From NCBI GenBank assembly GCA_963931525.1, contig OZ007023.1:1878993-1942992 (forward strand): a stretch of DNA of 64,000 nucleotides, in the 5' to 3' direction. The first letter of the stretch is position 1. Each line of letters starts with the position of its first letter. Origin of the DNA: an uncultured Oscillospiraceae bacterium (GTDB taxonomy: Bacteria > Bacillota > Clostridia > Oscillospirales > Acutalibacteraceae). A program made the position numbers and the translations under genes. The notes under the pieces were generated by a model. That model did not search any database and was not told the origin of the DNA. It saw only the letters and a list, made by a program, of their open reading frames with translations. This document shows, one piece after another, positions 42,476 through 54,506 of this stretch.

Positions 42476-42625
42476 ATGTTTTCGTTCAAGCTTTAGCTTC
42501 AGAGGGCGATGAAACTGCGTTAAAGCACACCTTCGCTTTCGATGTGCCCTGTTGACCTGCTGACGGTGTCTCCACCGTTTCGCGGCAGCAGCCCGTATCC
42601 CTGTGGGAGCCTTACCTACCGATAT
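42476..42625 (-). ncRNA. M-box (ykoK leader) Mg2+ riboswitch
   Basis: The minus-strand RNA carries GGUAGGUAAGGCUCC, GCUGCUGCCGCGAAACGGUGGAGACACCGUCAGCAGGUCAACAGGGCAC, CGAAGGUGUGC and UUUAACGC. These match the conserved M-box cores and lie upstream of mgtE. Confidence 0.8.
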
Positions 42626-42642
42626 TGTTTTTTGCAAAGGAT

Positions 42643-42671
42643 ATTATGAACCAAAAAAATGCCGTTGTCAA
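42643..42671 (-). promoter_or_regulatory. Promoter of the M-box/mgtE transcript
   Basis: On the minus strand: TTGACA (42666-42671), a 17-nt spacer, then CATAAT (42643-42648). Confidence 0.5.
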
Positions 42672-42691
42672 GATTTGACGACAAATTCCGG

Positions 42692-43030
42692 TCATGCTTC
42701 GTACTTTTTCACACAGTCTTCAATAGTTTCCAAAAATGATTCCTCGCCGATGGTGTTCCACTTAAAGAACATCCCCGTACTGCCGCCGGAGGTGATCACG
42801 CACAAATCAGACGATGTGTCATCCCCGAACAGCGTGACGGTCATGCTCACACGGTTGCCGCCTGAGTAGCTGTACCGCTCGAAAACCCCGGTATAGCACC
42901 GTACGCCGTTTTTGTCATACAAGACCGAATCCTCTTTGGACGCGGAAACGCTGCCCTGCATGACGGCGTTTTCCAGATCCGAAACGATTGCCTGAAAATC
43001 CCCGTGCAGTGTTGCTTCGAGTTTTGCCAT
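42692..43030 (-). CDS. Hypothetical protein
   Basis: 112-aa ORF with host-like composition and no recognised motif. Confidence 0.65.
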   Translation of the reverse strand: MAKLEATLHGDFQAIVSDLENAVMQGSVSASKEDSVLYDKNGVRCYTGVFERYSYSGGNRVSMTVTLFGDDTSSDLCVITSGGSTGMFFKWNTIGEESFLETIEDCVKKYEA

Positions 43031-43051
43031 AGCCTTTCCCCCGCTTTTTAC

Positions 43052-43303
43052 TCAGCCCTTTAAGCCGCGCTCCTGCCTGTCCATATCCTCGACAACGATA
43101 TCATAGATCTCGCCGAGCGTCGAGCAGTATTCCAGCACCTTCCACGGTTCGTTGGTGTGGAAATGGATCTTGATAAGATCCTCGTCGCCCACGGCAAGCA
43201 GGCAGTCGCCCTTAAAATGTTCTAAAAAGTAGTCGTGAATTTCGTCCTCATCAAGATCCTCGCCCTCGATGAGCAGCTGGGTATCATAACGGTATTCCAA
43301 CAT
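43052..43303 (-). CDS. Small protein resembling the central domain of FakA/YloV (DAK2-associated)
   Basis: The pattern Y.T..LIEGEDLDEDEI......GD.LLAVGDEDLIKIHFHTNEPWKVLE....GEI.DI.VEDM matches the segment that follows the DhaL domain in fatty-acid kinase subunits. Confidence 0.6.
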   Translation of the reverse strand: MLEYRYDTQLLIEGEDLDEDEIHDYFLEHFKGDCLLAVGDEDLIKIHFHTNEPWKVLEYCSTLGEIYDIVVEDMDRQERGLKG

Positions 43304-43355
43304 ATGCGTTTCTCCTTTTTTGTTTCGTTGTTAGGATACCACGGCTTCTGTAAAA

Positions 43356-44075
43356 TTACAAGCCGCTGTTCGCCATTTTTTCAACTGCGCAGACCGTAAG
43401 CGTTTTGCCGTATACCGTAAATCGGATCTCAAAGCCTGCGAACGGAAAGCCGTATACCCGCTCTCCATCCTCCTGCCGGTATCCCGGTCGCGGATCCTGC
43501 GCGAGCACGTCGATCAGCGTTTCACGTTTTTCTTCGGGCAGCTTTTCCAAAAGCGCTTGCGGGAAATCCACCTGCAAATGCACTTCCGCGGGCGGTACGG
43601 CAAAGCCGCCGCGGGCCTTTGGACGCGCGTCCGTATACGGTACATAGGGCTTGATGTCGAAGATCGGCGTGTTGTCGGTCATATCCGCGCCCGTCACAAC
43701 CAGTATGGGCCCGTTCGGTGTATGCAATTCCACTTTTTCAAGCCGCACGCAGGAAAGCCCCAGCGGGTTCGGACGGAACGGCGAACGGGTGGCGAACACA
43801 CCCATGCGCCGGTTGCCGCCGAGCTTCGGCGGGCGGACGGTGGGCGACCACGGCTTTTGCGGATTTTCGGAGAACTGCCACAATAGCCACAGGTGCGAAA
43901 AACCGTCTATCCCGCGCAGCGCGTCCGCATTGCGGAATTCCGGCTCGAACACGATTTTTCCCCGCAGCGTTTCAACTATGCCGCTTTGGCGCGGCACGCC
44001 GAACTTTTCGGGAAAATCCGTTCGAATATGTGCGATGATGCGCATGGGGACGGTGTTTTCTGTCTGCGCGGTCAT
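43356..44075 (-). CDS. trmO: tRNA (m6t6A37) methyltransferase TrmO (TsaA/YaeB family)
   Basis: IAHIRTDFPEKFGVPRQ...FSHLWLLW.F...FATRSPFRPNPLGLS...DNTPIFDIKPY. Confidence 0.88.
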   Translation of the reverse strand: MTAQTENTVPMRIIAHIRTDFPEKFGVPRQSGIVETLRGKIVFEPEFRNADALRGIDGFSHLWLLWQFSENPQKPWSPTVRPPKLGGNRRMGVFATRSPFRPNPLGLSCVRLEKVELHTPNGPILVVTGADMTDNTPIFDIKPYVPYTDARPKARGGFAVPPAEVHLQVDFPQALLEKLPEEKRETLIDVLAQDPRPGYRQEDGERVYGFPFAGFEIRFTVYGKTLTVCAVEKMANSGL

Positions 44076-45415
44076 TTCGTATCCTTTTTGCCGCCCTTGC
44101 TTTCGCGCTCACGGATGATGTAGCGCGTGGGCGTGCCCTCAAGCCCGAACACCTCGCGGATGCGGTTGTCAATATATCGCTGATAGCTGTAATGGAACAG
44201 GTCTTTGCGGTTGACAAAGCACACAAATGTAGGCGGACGCGTGGAAGCCTGGGTCATATAATAGATTTTCAAACGCCTGCCCTTATCGGTGGGGGGCTGC
44301 ACGCGCAGGGTCGCGTCGGCAAGCACCTCGTTGAGCTTGCCCGTGGAAATGCGCATGGCGTTTTGCGTATCAACAAATTTGATAAGCTCCAAAAGGCGGT
44401 CGAGCCGCTGGCCCGTTTTTGCGGAGATGAAAATGATCGGGGCATAGCTCATGAACGCAAAATCGTTCATCAGCTTTTTGCGCTCGCGATCCATGGTCGC
44501 GCCGTCTTTCGCAACGGCGTCCCACTTGTTGACGGCGATGATGCACGCCTTGCCCATTTCGTGCGCAATACCTGCGACCTTGGAGTCCTGCTCGGTAAAG
44601 CCTTCGGTCGCGTCAATGAGAATGACGCACACGTCGGCGCGTTCGACCGCCATTTGCGCGCGCAGGACGGAATATTTTTCGATCTTGTCCTCCACCTTGC
44701 TTTTGCGGCGAAGCCCGGCGGTGTCGATAAGCACGAATCTGCCATGCTCGTTTTCAAGCCGTGTATCCGTCGCATCGCGCGTGGTGCCCGCGATATTGGA
44801 GACGATTGCACGGTTCTCGCCCGTCAGGGCGTTGACCAGCGATGATTTGCCGACGTTGGGCTTACCGATCACGGCGACACGCACGGTATCGTCGTCTTCC
44901 TCCTCCCCTGCCTCGGCGGGCAGGAGCGCCAGCACGGCGTCGAGCAGGTCGCCCGTGCCGTGTCCATGTACGGAGGAAACCGCGACCGGGTCGCCGAGCC
45001 CTAAATTATAGAACTCGTAAAACTCGGCGGGCACTTCGCCGACGGTATCGCATTTGTTGACGCAAAGCACGATGGGCTTGCCGCTTTTTTGCAGCATGGC
45101 GGCAACGTCCTCATCCGTTGCGGTAACGCCCGTGCGCAGATCGGTGACCAGCACGATGACGTCCGCGCTCTCGACGGCAAGCTGCGCCTGTGTGCGCATT
45201 TGCGAAAGGATCACGTCATCGGAATACGGCTCGATACCGCCCGTATCCACAAGCAGCATATGATGCCCAAGCCACTCGCAGTCGCCGAAAATACGGTCGC
45301 GCGTGACGCCGGGCGTATCGTCCACGATGGACAGCCGTTTACCGACCAATTTGTTGAACAGAGTGCTCTTGCCGACATTGGGTCTGCCGACGATCGCAAC
45401 CACGGGACGTGCCAT
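44072..45415 (-). CDS. der: Ribosome-associated GTPase Der (EngA)
   Basis: Two G domains (GRPNVGKST and GKPNVGKSS) and a KH-like C-terminus. Start at MARPVVAIVG. Confidence 0.96.
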   Translation of the reverse strand: MARPVVAIVGRPNVGKSTLFNKLVGKRLSIVDDTPGVTRDRIFGDCEWLGHHMLLVDTGGIEPYSDDVILSQMRTQAQLAVESADVIVLVTDLRTGVTATDEDVAAMLQKSGKPIVLCVNKCDTVGEVPAEFYEFYNLGLGDPVAVSSVHGHGTGDLLDAVLALLPAEAGEEEDDDTVRVAVIGKPNVGKSSLVNALTGENRAIVSNIAGTTRDATDTRLENEHGRFVLIDTAGLRRKSKVEDKIEKYSVLRAQMAVERADVCVILIDATEGFTEQDSKVAGIAHEMGKACIIAVNKWDAVAKDGATMDRERKKLMNDFAFMSYAPIIFISAKTGQRLDRLLELIKFVDTQNAMRISTGKLNEVLADATLRVQPPTDKGRRLKIYYMTQASTRPPTFVCFVNRKDLFHYSYQRYIDNRIREVFGLEGTPTRYIIRERESKGGKKDTK

Positions 45416-45419
45416 AGCC

Positions 45420-46748
45420 TCACTCTCCCAAAAGATTTTGAAGCAGCTCCTGCCCGTTATTGCCCGTCGGGATAACGGGCACGCCAAGGCGGGCTTCGGC
45501 TTCTTTTACGGTTATATCGTCTAAAAATTTGTTGTTCTCGGTAGGACGGGACGTGTAGTCGATCGTCATCACGAGCGGGATGAGCAGCGCTTCTCCCAAT
45601 TCCACACCCGCAAGTTGTTCGAGCAGATCCTGCCCCGTAAGCAGGCCTGCGACGGTGATATGCTCGCCGAAAAAGCGGTTTTCAATCGCAACAACCTGAA
45701 TCGCACAGCCGATTTTTTCGGCGGCGGCGGTGCAAAGCTCCTGCATGAGCGGGTAAGCGGCTTTCCCTGTTGCTAAGGTGAGTTTTGAATATTTTGAAAC
45801 AGCTGTGCATGCACACAACGCTTCGTAAAATTCCTCGCGCAGCGAAGTCCAAAGCCCTACGCCGTTATCGAGCTGCGGATAGCCGTCATAATAGTCGCCG
45901 CCGGGCATCGGACGGCGGGCTTTGAGAAAAAACTCGTCCGCCGGGTAGCAAAGCCGCACGCCGTGGCGCGCTTTGAAATCCGACGAAAAGCGTTCGACCG
46001 TATCGATCACTTGCCCCGCCGTCTCTTCGGTGTACGGTCGGAGCGGGAAAAGCCCTTCACGGTAGCGCGTCAGCCCCACGGGCACGGCGGCGATGCTTTG
46101 CACCGCCGGATAGAGCCGGCCGAGCTCTTGAAGGCTGTATTCGAGTTCCTTCCCGTCATTGATGCCGGGGCACAGCACAAGCTGGGTATTCATTTGAATG
46201 CCCGCCTTGGCGAACCGTGAAAGAACCGAGAGCGCTTCGCCCGCATGGGGGTTGCCCATCATTTTGACGCGAAGTTCCGGGTTCATGGTATGCACAGAAA
46301 TGTTGACGGGGCTGATGCGCATGGCGATGATACGTTCGATCTCGTGTTCGGAAATGTTCGTCAGCGTGATGTAGTTGCCGAACAGGAAGGAAAGGCGTGA
46401 GTCGTCATCCTTAAAATACAGGCTTTCGCGCATACCGGGCGGGAGCTGGTCGATAAAGCAGAAAATGCACTTGTTTTTACAGTGCTGCTGCTTGTCCATG
46501 AGATAGGTTTCAAAGGATAACCCGGTGTCTGCCGTTGGCATATGCACGCGCCGCGTCTTGCCGCCGCGGCAGGAGAATTCCATGGTGACGGGTGCGAAGC
46601 TCATATAGAAATCATAATCCAAAATATCTTCAATTTCCTTGCCGTCCACGGTCAGGAGCCTGTCCCCCGCGCGAACGCCTGCAAGCCAGCAGCGGGAAAA
46701 CCGCCGCACCGCTTGAATTTGAACCGCCATACTGCCGCTCCCTTTCAC
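45420..46748 (-). CDS. PDZ plus radical-SAM-like DUF512 protein
   Basis: PDZ-like N-terminus (AGVRAGDRLLTVDGKEI), a CKNKCIFCF cluster and FGNYITLTN. This gene commonly sits upstream of der in Clostridia. Confidence 0.82.
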   Translation of the reverse strand: MKGSGSMAVQIQAVRRFSRCWLAGVRAGDRLLTVDGKEIEDILDYDFYMSFAPVTMEFSCRGGKTRRVHMPTADTGLSFETYLMDKQQHCKNKCIFCFIDQLPPGMRESLYFKDDDSRLSFLFGNYITLTNISEHEIERIIAMRISPVNISVHTMNPELRVKMMGNPHAGEALSVLSRFAKAGIQMNTQLVLCPGINDGKELEYSLQELGRLYPAVQSIAAVPVGLTRYREGLFPLRPYTEETAGQVIDTVERFSSDFKARHGVRLCYPADEFFLKARRPMPGGDYYDGYPQLDNGVGLWTSLREEFYEALCACTAVSKYSKLTLATGKAAYPLMQELCTAAAEKIGCAIQVVAIENRFFGEHITVAGLLTGQDLLEQLAGVELGEALLIPLVMTIDYTSRPTENNKFLDDITVKEAEARLGVPVIPTGNNGQELLQNLLGE

Positions 46749-46752
46749 ACAC

Positions 46753-46786
46753 GAGAAAAAGGCGGGGAAGACTGCACTTCTCCGCC
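46753..46786 (-). terminator. Intrinsic terminator after rpmF
   Basis: On the minus strand: GGCGGAGAAG-tgcagt-CTTCCCCGCC followed by TTTTTCTC. Confidence 0.5.
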
Positions 46787-46817
46787 CTTTTGACTTTTAC
46801 GCGAATTTTGCCGCAGT

Positions 46818-47003
46818 TTAAGCCTCTTCCTTGACGACGACCTGACGGCCGTTGTAATAGCCGCAGGCAGCGCAGACTCTGTGCGTCCTTTTGTATTCGC
46901 CGCAATGCGGGCACTTCTGAAGCTCAGGCGCGGTCATTCTCCAAACATTGGAACGTCTCTTGTCGCGTCTCGCCTTGGAAACTCTTCTCTTCGGTACTGC
47001 CAT
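46818..47003 (-). CDS. rpmF: 50S ribosomal protein L32
   Basis: MAVPKRRVSKARRDKRRS...CPHCGEYKRTHRVCAACGYY. Confidence 0.95.
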   Translation of the reverse strand: MAVPKRRVSKARRDKRRSNVWRMTAPELQKCPHCGEYKRTHRVCAACGYYNGRQVVVKEEA

Positions 47004-47025
47004 AGTAAGCTCTCCTTATCTTGAT

Positions 47026-47511
47026 CTACGAAATTTCATCTGTCAGCAGCTGCTGCAAAACCGCAAGCCGTGGATCCACAGGCTTTTTGCAGCTGCACGC
47101 CGTTTCGTTCAAGTCGGCGCCGCACATAGGGCAAAGCCCTTTGCAGTCCGGCTTGCAAAGCGTTTTGGGCTCGAGCGCGAGCAAAATATCCTCCCGCAGA
47201 AGCGAATCCAAATCAAAGTGCAGATCCCGCACCTCGATGAACTCGTCGTCATCCTCGTCCGCAAGCGTTTGCACGAGCACATGGGAAAACTGTTTTTGAA
47301 AAGGCACCTGTAAAGGCTTTAAGCAGCGGTCACACACCGTCTCATGGGTAAAAGAGACCGACGCAGAAAGCGTTACGATGCCCGCGCGGTTTTCCACCGC
47401 GCCCGAAACCTCGACGGATTCGGAAATGCCGCTGTCGGCAGGCACGAACGCATACGCGAACGGCAGCCGCGCCCCGATGTTGTTAAAAACAGGCTCTAAA
47501 TCCAAAAACAT
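47026..47511 (-). CDS. YceD/DUF177-family protein
   Basis: It sits in the typical position upstream of rpmF. C-terminal motif is CKPDCKGLCPMCGADLN...C.C. Start at MFLDLEP. Confidence 0.85.
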   Translation of the reverse strand: MFLDLEPVFNNIGARLPFAYAFVPADSGISESVEVSGAVENRAGIVTLSASVSFTHETVCDRCLKPLQVPFQKQFSHVLVQTLADEDDDEFIEVRDLHFDLDSLLREDILLALEPKTLCKPDCKGLCPMCGADLNETACSCKKPVDPRLAVLQQLLTDEIS

Positions 47512-47631
47512 ACCATACCTCGTCTTAGCGCAACAAATATTATATAGGCTCGGGTTCGGTTTGTCAACAAAAAGTTTCTGTTTTTCGGAAAATCCGCGGG
47601 CACTCTCCGCACGGCATCGCCGCTTTCCGCA

Positions 47632-47670
47632 CAAAAAGGCGCATGAAACCCCCTTGGAGGCTCCATGCGC
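47632..47670 (-). terminator. Intrinsic terminator
   Basis: On the minus strand: GCGCATG...CATGCGC followed by CTTTTTG. Confidence 0.45.
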
Positions 47671-47693
47671 TTAAAAACGTTCGTATTACGCTT

Positions 47694-48113
47694 TCAGTTG
47701 ATCTTCTCGCAATATGCGAACATGCGCTCCGGGAGATTCTCCAGATCCGTAGAAACGGTGAAGCAGAATCTGGTGCCCGCCATTTTGGAAAGGTCGTCCA
47801 CCTTTTTCAGGAAATCCGCAAGCTGTTCATAGTCTCTGCCGCCGATGCGGAAGGTGGCATCCACAAAGATATCGGTGATGTCATGGTCCCCTGCGCAAAG
47901 CCCGCTTAAGAAGCCGTAAAACGCGTCAAAGCCCGACACAAAATAGCTGTCGGTCGCAACAAGCCGCGCGCGGTAGTTGACGTCGTATGTAAGCTTTGTC
48001 TCCTTTTCCACGCAGATGACATGCCCGTCGGATTTTTCGATCGCGGCGTTGACCTTGTCCACCAGCAGTTTTGTTTTTCCCGAGCCTTTGTGCCCAATGA
48101 TAAGAGATACCAT
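47694..48113 (-). CDS. Small P-loop (Walker A) protein of unknown function
   Basis: 139 aa starting MVSLIIGHKGSGKTKLLVDK. I did not recognise a clear Walker B or any other domain. Confidence 0.6.
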   Translation of the reverse strand: MVSLIIGHKGSGKTKLLVDKVNAAIEKSDGHVICVEKETKLTYDVNYRARLVATDSYFVSGFDAFYGFLSGLCAGDHDITDIFVDATFRIGGRDYEQLADFLKKVDDLSKMAGTRFCFTVSTDLENLPERMFAYCEKIN

Positions 48114-48170
48114 AGAATCTCCTCCTGTAAATTTATATGTACTCCGCAAAATGCGGAAAACGGAACAAAA

Positions 48171-49511
48171 TCAACCGCGCAAACGCGCTTCGAGCGCCTT
48201 GGTTTTTTCTTCGTAACCGGGCTTGCCCAGCAGCGCGAACATATTGCTCTTGTAGCTTTCAACGCCGGGCTGGTCAAAGGGGTTGACCCCGAGCATATAA
48301 CCCGAAACGGCGCACGCGGTTTCCAGGAAATAGACGAGATACCCGAAAGTATACGCGTTCATCTCAGGAAGCTCCAACACAAGATTCGGCACACCGCCGT
48401 CCACATGCGCGAGCACCGTGCCCTCAAACGCCTTGCGGTTGACGAAGCTCACGGTCTTGCCCGCCAGGAAGTTGAGCCCGTCGGCGTTTTCAGCCTCTTC
48501 GGTAATGGTAAGATCGGTTTTCGGCTTTTCGAAAATGACCGCCGTTTCAAACAGCAGACGCTCGCCCTCTTGGATATACTGCCCCATGGAGTGCAGATCC
48601 GTGGAAAACACAGCGGAAGCGGGGAACAGCCCCTTGCCGTCTTTCCCCTCGGACTCGCCGAACAACTGCTTGAACCACTCGTTCATCATGGTGTAATCCG
48701 GTTCGTAGGCAACCATCATTTCCACGCGCTTGCCCTTGCGATACAAGAGGTTGCGCGCCGCCGCATACTTGCAGCAGTCGTTTTTAGTAAGGTCGTCGCT
48801 CGAATACGCTTCGCGCGCGTCGCGCGCGCCCTGCATCATACTTTCAATATCAATACCGGCCGCGGCGATCGGCAAAAGCCCGACCGCTGTGAGCACGGAA
48901 TACCTGCCGCCGACATCGTCGGGCACGACAAAAGTTTCATACCCTTCGCGGTCGGCAAGCGCTTTAAGCGTACCTTTCGCCTTATCGGTGGTGACATAGA
49001 TCCGCTTTGCGGCTTCCTGTTTACCGTACTTTTTCTCCAGCAGCTCGCGGAACACGCGGAACGCCACTGCCGGCTCCGTAGTCGTGCCGGACTTGGAGAT
49101 CACGTTCACGGAAAAGTCCTTGCCCTCGCAAAGCGAGACGATCTCGTTGAGCGTAGAAGCGCTGATGGAATTGCCGGAGAAAAAGATCTGCGGGGTGTCC
49201 TTACACACAAGGTTGTAGTTTTGTGAAGTGCAATACTCGATTGCGGCGCGCGCGCCGAGATAGCTGCCGCCGATGCCGATGACGACAAGCACTTTTGAGT
49301 CAGAGCGGATCTTTTCGGCCGCCTTTTGGATGCGAACGAACTCTTCCTTATCGTAATTTACCGGCAGATCGACCCAGCCGAGGAAGTCGTTGCCCTTGCC
49401 GCTTTTTTCGCGGACCGCTTTATGCGCTGCGGCAGCCTCAGCGGCGACCGCATCAAAATCGCTTTCGGAAAGAAAGCCGTTTACGTATTTTGTGTCAAAT
49501 CGAATGGTCAT
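48171..49511 (-). CDS. pgi: Glucose-6-phosphate isomerase
   Basis: Firmicute-type PGI of about 446 aa ([11 protein letters not shown], ...SKSGTTTEP..., [11 protein letters not shown]). Start at MTIRFD. Confidence 0.95.
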   Translation of the reverse strand: MTIRFDTKYVNGFLSESDFDAVAAEAAAAHKAVREKSGKGNDFLGWVDLPVNYDKEEFVRIQKAAEKIRSDSKVLVVIGIGGSYLGARAAIEYCTSQNYNLVCKDTPQIFFSGNSISASTLNEIVSLCEGKDFSVNVISKSGTTTEPAVAFRVFRELLEKKYGKQEAAKRIYVTTDKAKGTLKALADREGYETFVVPDDVGGRYSVLTAVGLLPIAAAGIDIESMMQGARDAREAYSSDDLTKNDCCKYAAARNLLYRKGKRVEMMVAYEPDYTMMNEWFKQLFGESEGKDGKGLFPASAVFSTDLHSMGQYIQEGERLLFETAVIFEKPKTDLTITEEAENADGLNFLAGKTVSFVNRKAFEGTVLAHVDGGVPNLVLELPEMNAYTFGYLVYFLETACAVSGYMLGVNPFDQPGVESYKSNMFALLGKPGYEEKTKALEARLRG

Positions 49512-49660
49512 GTGCTTGGTTTTCCCTTTCACTGCCGCACCGCGCGGCAAAAATCCATAAATTTTATGTTCTTATTCTATCCTAAAACGCGTCTGTTTTC
49601 AATACGAAATTATGAATTTTTTAGAAAATCTTACTTTCCCCCGGCAACACGGCAGGCGTT

Positions 49661-50833
49661 TTAAGAGCAAAGCGCAAGCAAAACGCGGCGAAACGCTTCT
49701 AAGAGCGTGAGCTTTGGGATCTCCTCGGCGCAAAGCAGGTCGCAGGTATACACGGTTTCGCCGTCTAACTTGAAATGCACGCGACCGAGCAGCTGGCCTT
49801 TCTCGACAGGCGCCGCCACCTCAGCCGCCATGTCGATCTCCTGCGTGATCTCCTGCGACGTACCTTTTTTGAGCACCACGCTTTGTGCTTCGGGGATAAC
49901 GGGCATGACGGACGGCACCGTGCCGCCGAGCACGCCGACAGCAGGGATGCGCGTTTTGTCCACGGAAAGCGCCTGCGCCGCGTAATTGGCAAAGCCCCAG
50001 TCGAGCATGGCGCGCGCGCCGTTAAAACGGTCGTCGCTCGTGTCGCTGCCGAGCACGACCGCGATAAGCTCCAGCCCGTCGCGTTCGGCGGTCGCGGAAA
50101 CACAGCAGCCCGCTTTTGAGGTCGTACCGGTCTTTAACCCTGTGATTCCATCGTAAAAGCGCACCAGGCGGTTGGTGTTGACCAGCTCCGTTTCCCCGCC
50201 GCGCAGGGAATCCATCCAGATCGTAGAATACTCGCGGATCAACGAATGCTTTAAAAGCTCGCGCGACATCAGCGCGATGTCATACGCGCTGGTTTTGTGG
50301 GTGTCCGTCGTATCGTCCAGCCCCGTGCAGTTCTCAAAATTCGTGTCCAGCATCCCAAGCTGCCGCGCGCGCTCGTTCATCAGCTTTACAAACGCCGTGC
50401 TGCTGCCCGCGACAAATTCGCCGAGTGCCTCGCATGCATCGTTGGCACTGGCGACCGCAGCCGCCTTGATGAGCTCATCCACGGTCATCTGCTCGCCTTC
50501 CTCAAGCCAGATCTGCGAGCCGCCCTTGCTGACCGCTTCGGCGCTGGCGGTGACGGTGTCGGTAAGGGCGATCTGTCCGCTTTCGACCGCTTCCATAACG
50601 AGAAGGAGCGTCATGATTTTGGTGACGGAGGCAGGGAAAAGCTGCTCATGCGCATTGCTTGCCATGAGCACGCTGCCGGTATTCGCCTCCATAAGCACGG
50701 CGGCCTTGGCATTGACCTCGACCTGCATTTCGGGAAACGTCTCGGTATTTGCCGACATTTCTTCTGCTCCCACCGGTACGGCGGCGCACCAAAGCAGCAA
50801 TCCGCAAAGCAGCACAACCAAAAATCTCTTCAT
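49661..50833 (-). CDS. D-alanyl-D-alanine carboxypeptidase (S11, PBP5/DacB-like)
   Basis: Signal peptide. SxxK is ASVTK, SxN is SAN, and KTG is LKTGTT. Confidence 0.9.
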   Translation of the reverse strand: MKRFLVVLLCGLLLWCAAVPVGAEEMSANTETFPEMQVEVNAKAAVLMEANTGSVLMASNAHEQLFPASVTKIMTLLLVMEAVESGQIALTDTVTASAEAVSKGGSQIWLEEGEQMTVDELIKAAAVASANDACEALGEFVAGSSTAFVKLMNERARQLGMLDTNFENCTGLDDTTDTHKTSAYDIALMSRELLKHSLIREYSTIWMDSLRGGETELVNTNRLVRFYDGITGLKTGTTSKAGCCVSATAERDGLELIAVVLGSDTSDDRFNGARAMLDWGFANYAAQALSVDKTRIPAVGVLGGTVPSVMPVIPEAQSVVLKKGTSQEITQEIDMAAEVAAPVEKGQLLGRVHFKLDGETVYTCDLLCAEEIPKLTLLEAFRRVLLALCS

Positions 50834-50916
50834 GGAATTTACCCCTCTTCACACGCTTTTTCTACCATTCTATATGCGCACGGGTGTTGTAAAATTCGAT
50901 TTTTATGTTACAATAA

Positions 50917-52947
<2,031 letters not shown>

Positions 52948-52981
52948 ACCAATTTTGAATTAAACATTTTCACTGTTTCCG

Positions 52982-53020
52982 CCGTCTATGGGGGTTTTCT
53001 CCTGTAGACGGTTCTTTTTT
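52982..53020 (+). terminator. Intrinsic terminator after ligA
   Basis: CCGTCTA-loop-TAGACGG followed by TTCTTTTTT. Confidence 0.7.
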
Positions 53021-53077
53021 ATACTCTAAGTCCACAATTTGTTCATAATTAGACACAAAATGTTTTTATTTTCAGTA

Positions 53078-53106
53078 TTGATTTTTATTATTTCCCCTGT
53101 TATACT
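53078..53106 (+). promoter_or_regulatory. Sigma-A-type promoter
   Basis: TTGATT (53078-53083), a 17-nt spacer, then TATACT (53101-53106). Confidence 0.5.
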
Positions 53107-53124
53107 TAACAGGTACCATGTGAG

Positions 53125-54462
53125 GTGTTGAATTTGGCTTGGCAGGAAATTTACAAAAACAAACAAAAAGACGTATTGGACGCCATTGCGCTGATCCGCG
53201 ACGGCGACACGGTCGTGACCGGCTTCGCCTGCGGGGAACCGTTCGGCATCGAGGACGCCATGGTGGAGCACTACGAACAGTTCCACGACGTGACCATCGT
53301 CAATATGCTGACGATGGGGGATTCGCCCTGGATCCGTGCGGAGATGAAAGGTCATTTTCGCCTCAACTGCATGTTTGCCTCCGCCAGCAACCGGCAGGCG
53401 GTCTCAAGCGGCATCGCGGATTTCACGACCTGTCATTTTTATGAGATCCCGGAGATGCTGCGCGTCTACATCCGGCCGCGCGTAGCGATCGTCATGCTTT
53501 CGCCCCCGGATGAGCACGGATACTGCTCCTTCGGCACCAATGTGGATTACATCAAAGGTGTCTGCGACCATGCCGAAGTTATTATCGCACAAATCAACAA
53601 ATATGTGCCGCGCACGTTCGGCAATGCCAACATCCATGTGCGCGACATCACGGCGTTTGTCGAGATCGACCGTCCCCTGCCGCAGCTGCCGGACGCACCT
53701 GTCGGCGAGGTGGAAATGCAGATCGGGAAATACTGCGCGGACCTCGTCCGCGACGGCGACACGCTGCAGCTCGGTATCGGCGCGCTGCCCAACGCCGTTT
53801 GCCGGCAGCTTTGGGACAAAAAGGATCTGGGGCTGCACAGCGAATTGGTCGGCGACGGCGTTGTCGATCTTTTGGAAGCGGGCGTCATCAACAATAAGAA
53901 AAAGTCCATCAACCGTGGGCGCAGCATTCTCGGCGCAACGTTCGGCTCGGACAAGATCAACCGCTACATAAACAACAACCCGGCGGTGGAGCTACACCCC
54001 ATTGATTACGTCAACAACCCGCTGGTCATCGCACAGAACGACAATATGGTCTCGATCAACTCGTGCTTACAGATCGACCTGCTCGGACAGATCGTTTCGG
54101 ACACCATCGGCTTGCGGCAGTTCAGCGCCGTGGGCGGGCAGGTGGATTTTGTACGCGGCGCGACCATGAGCCGTGGCGGCCGTTCCATCATCGCGATGTG
54201 CTCGACGGCGAAGGGCGGCAATATTTCGCGCGTCGTGCCGCTCATCACGGAAGGTTCCGCCGTCACAACCCCGCGCAATGACGTGAACTTTGTCGTGACG
54301 GAATACGGCGTAGCACAGCTCAAGGGCAGAACGCTGAAAGAACGCGCAGCGGCGCTCATTCGCATTGCGCACCCGGATTTCCGTCAAGAACTTGCGGAGG
54401 AATACCGCCGCCGTTTCGGGGAAGACCCGCCGACTACGGCCGGAATGCCGCATGTCAGCTAA
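53125..54462 (+). CDS. 4-hydroxybutyrate / butyryl-CoA:acetate CoA-transferase family enzyme
   Basis: Close resemblance along the full length to Cat2/AbfT-type CoA-transferases (WQEIYKNK..., GYCSFG, LQLGIGALPNAV, NNPLVIAQNDNMVSINSCLQIDL, GGQVDF, VVTEYGVAQLKG). The start is ambiguous among GTG 53125, TTG 53128 and TTG 53134. Confidence 0.92.
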   Translation: MLNLAWQEIYKNKQKDVLDAIALIRDGDTVVTGFACGEPFGIEDAMVEHYEQFHDVTIVNMLTMGDSPWIRAEMKGHFRLNCMFASASNRQAVSSGIADFTTCHFYEIPEMLRVYIRPRVAIVMLSPPDEHGYCSFGTNVDYIKGVCDHAEVIIAQINKYVPRTFGNANIHVRDITAFVEIDRPLPQLPDAPVGEVEMQIGKYCADLVRDGDTLQLGIGALPNAVCRQLWDKKDLGLHSELVGDGVVDLLEAGVINNKKKSINRGRSILGATFGSDKINRYINNNPAVELHPIDYVNNPLVIAQNDNMVSINSCLQIDLLGQIVSDTIGLRQFSAVGGQVDFVRGATMSRGGRSIIAMCSTAKGGNISRVVPLITEGSAVTTPRNDVNFVVTEYGVAQLKGRTLKERAAALIRIAHPDFRQELAEEYRRRFGEDPPTTAGMPHVS

Positions 54463-54506
54463 TTTGTTTATTCTAAAAAATAAAATAAAAGTAAAGGAAT
54501 CAAAAC

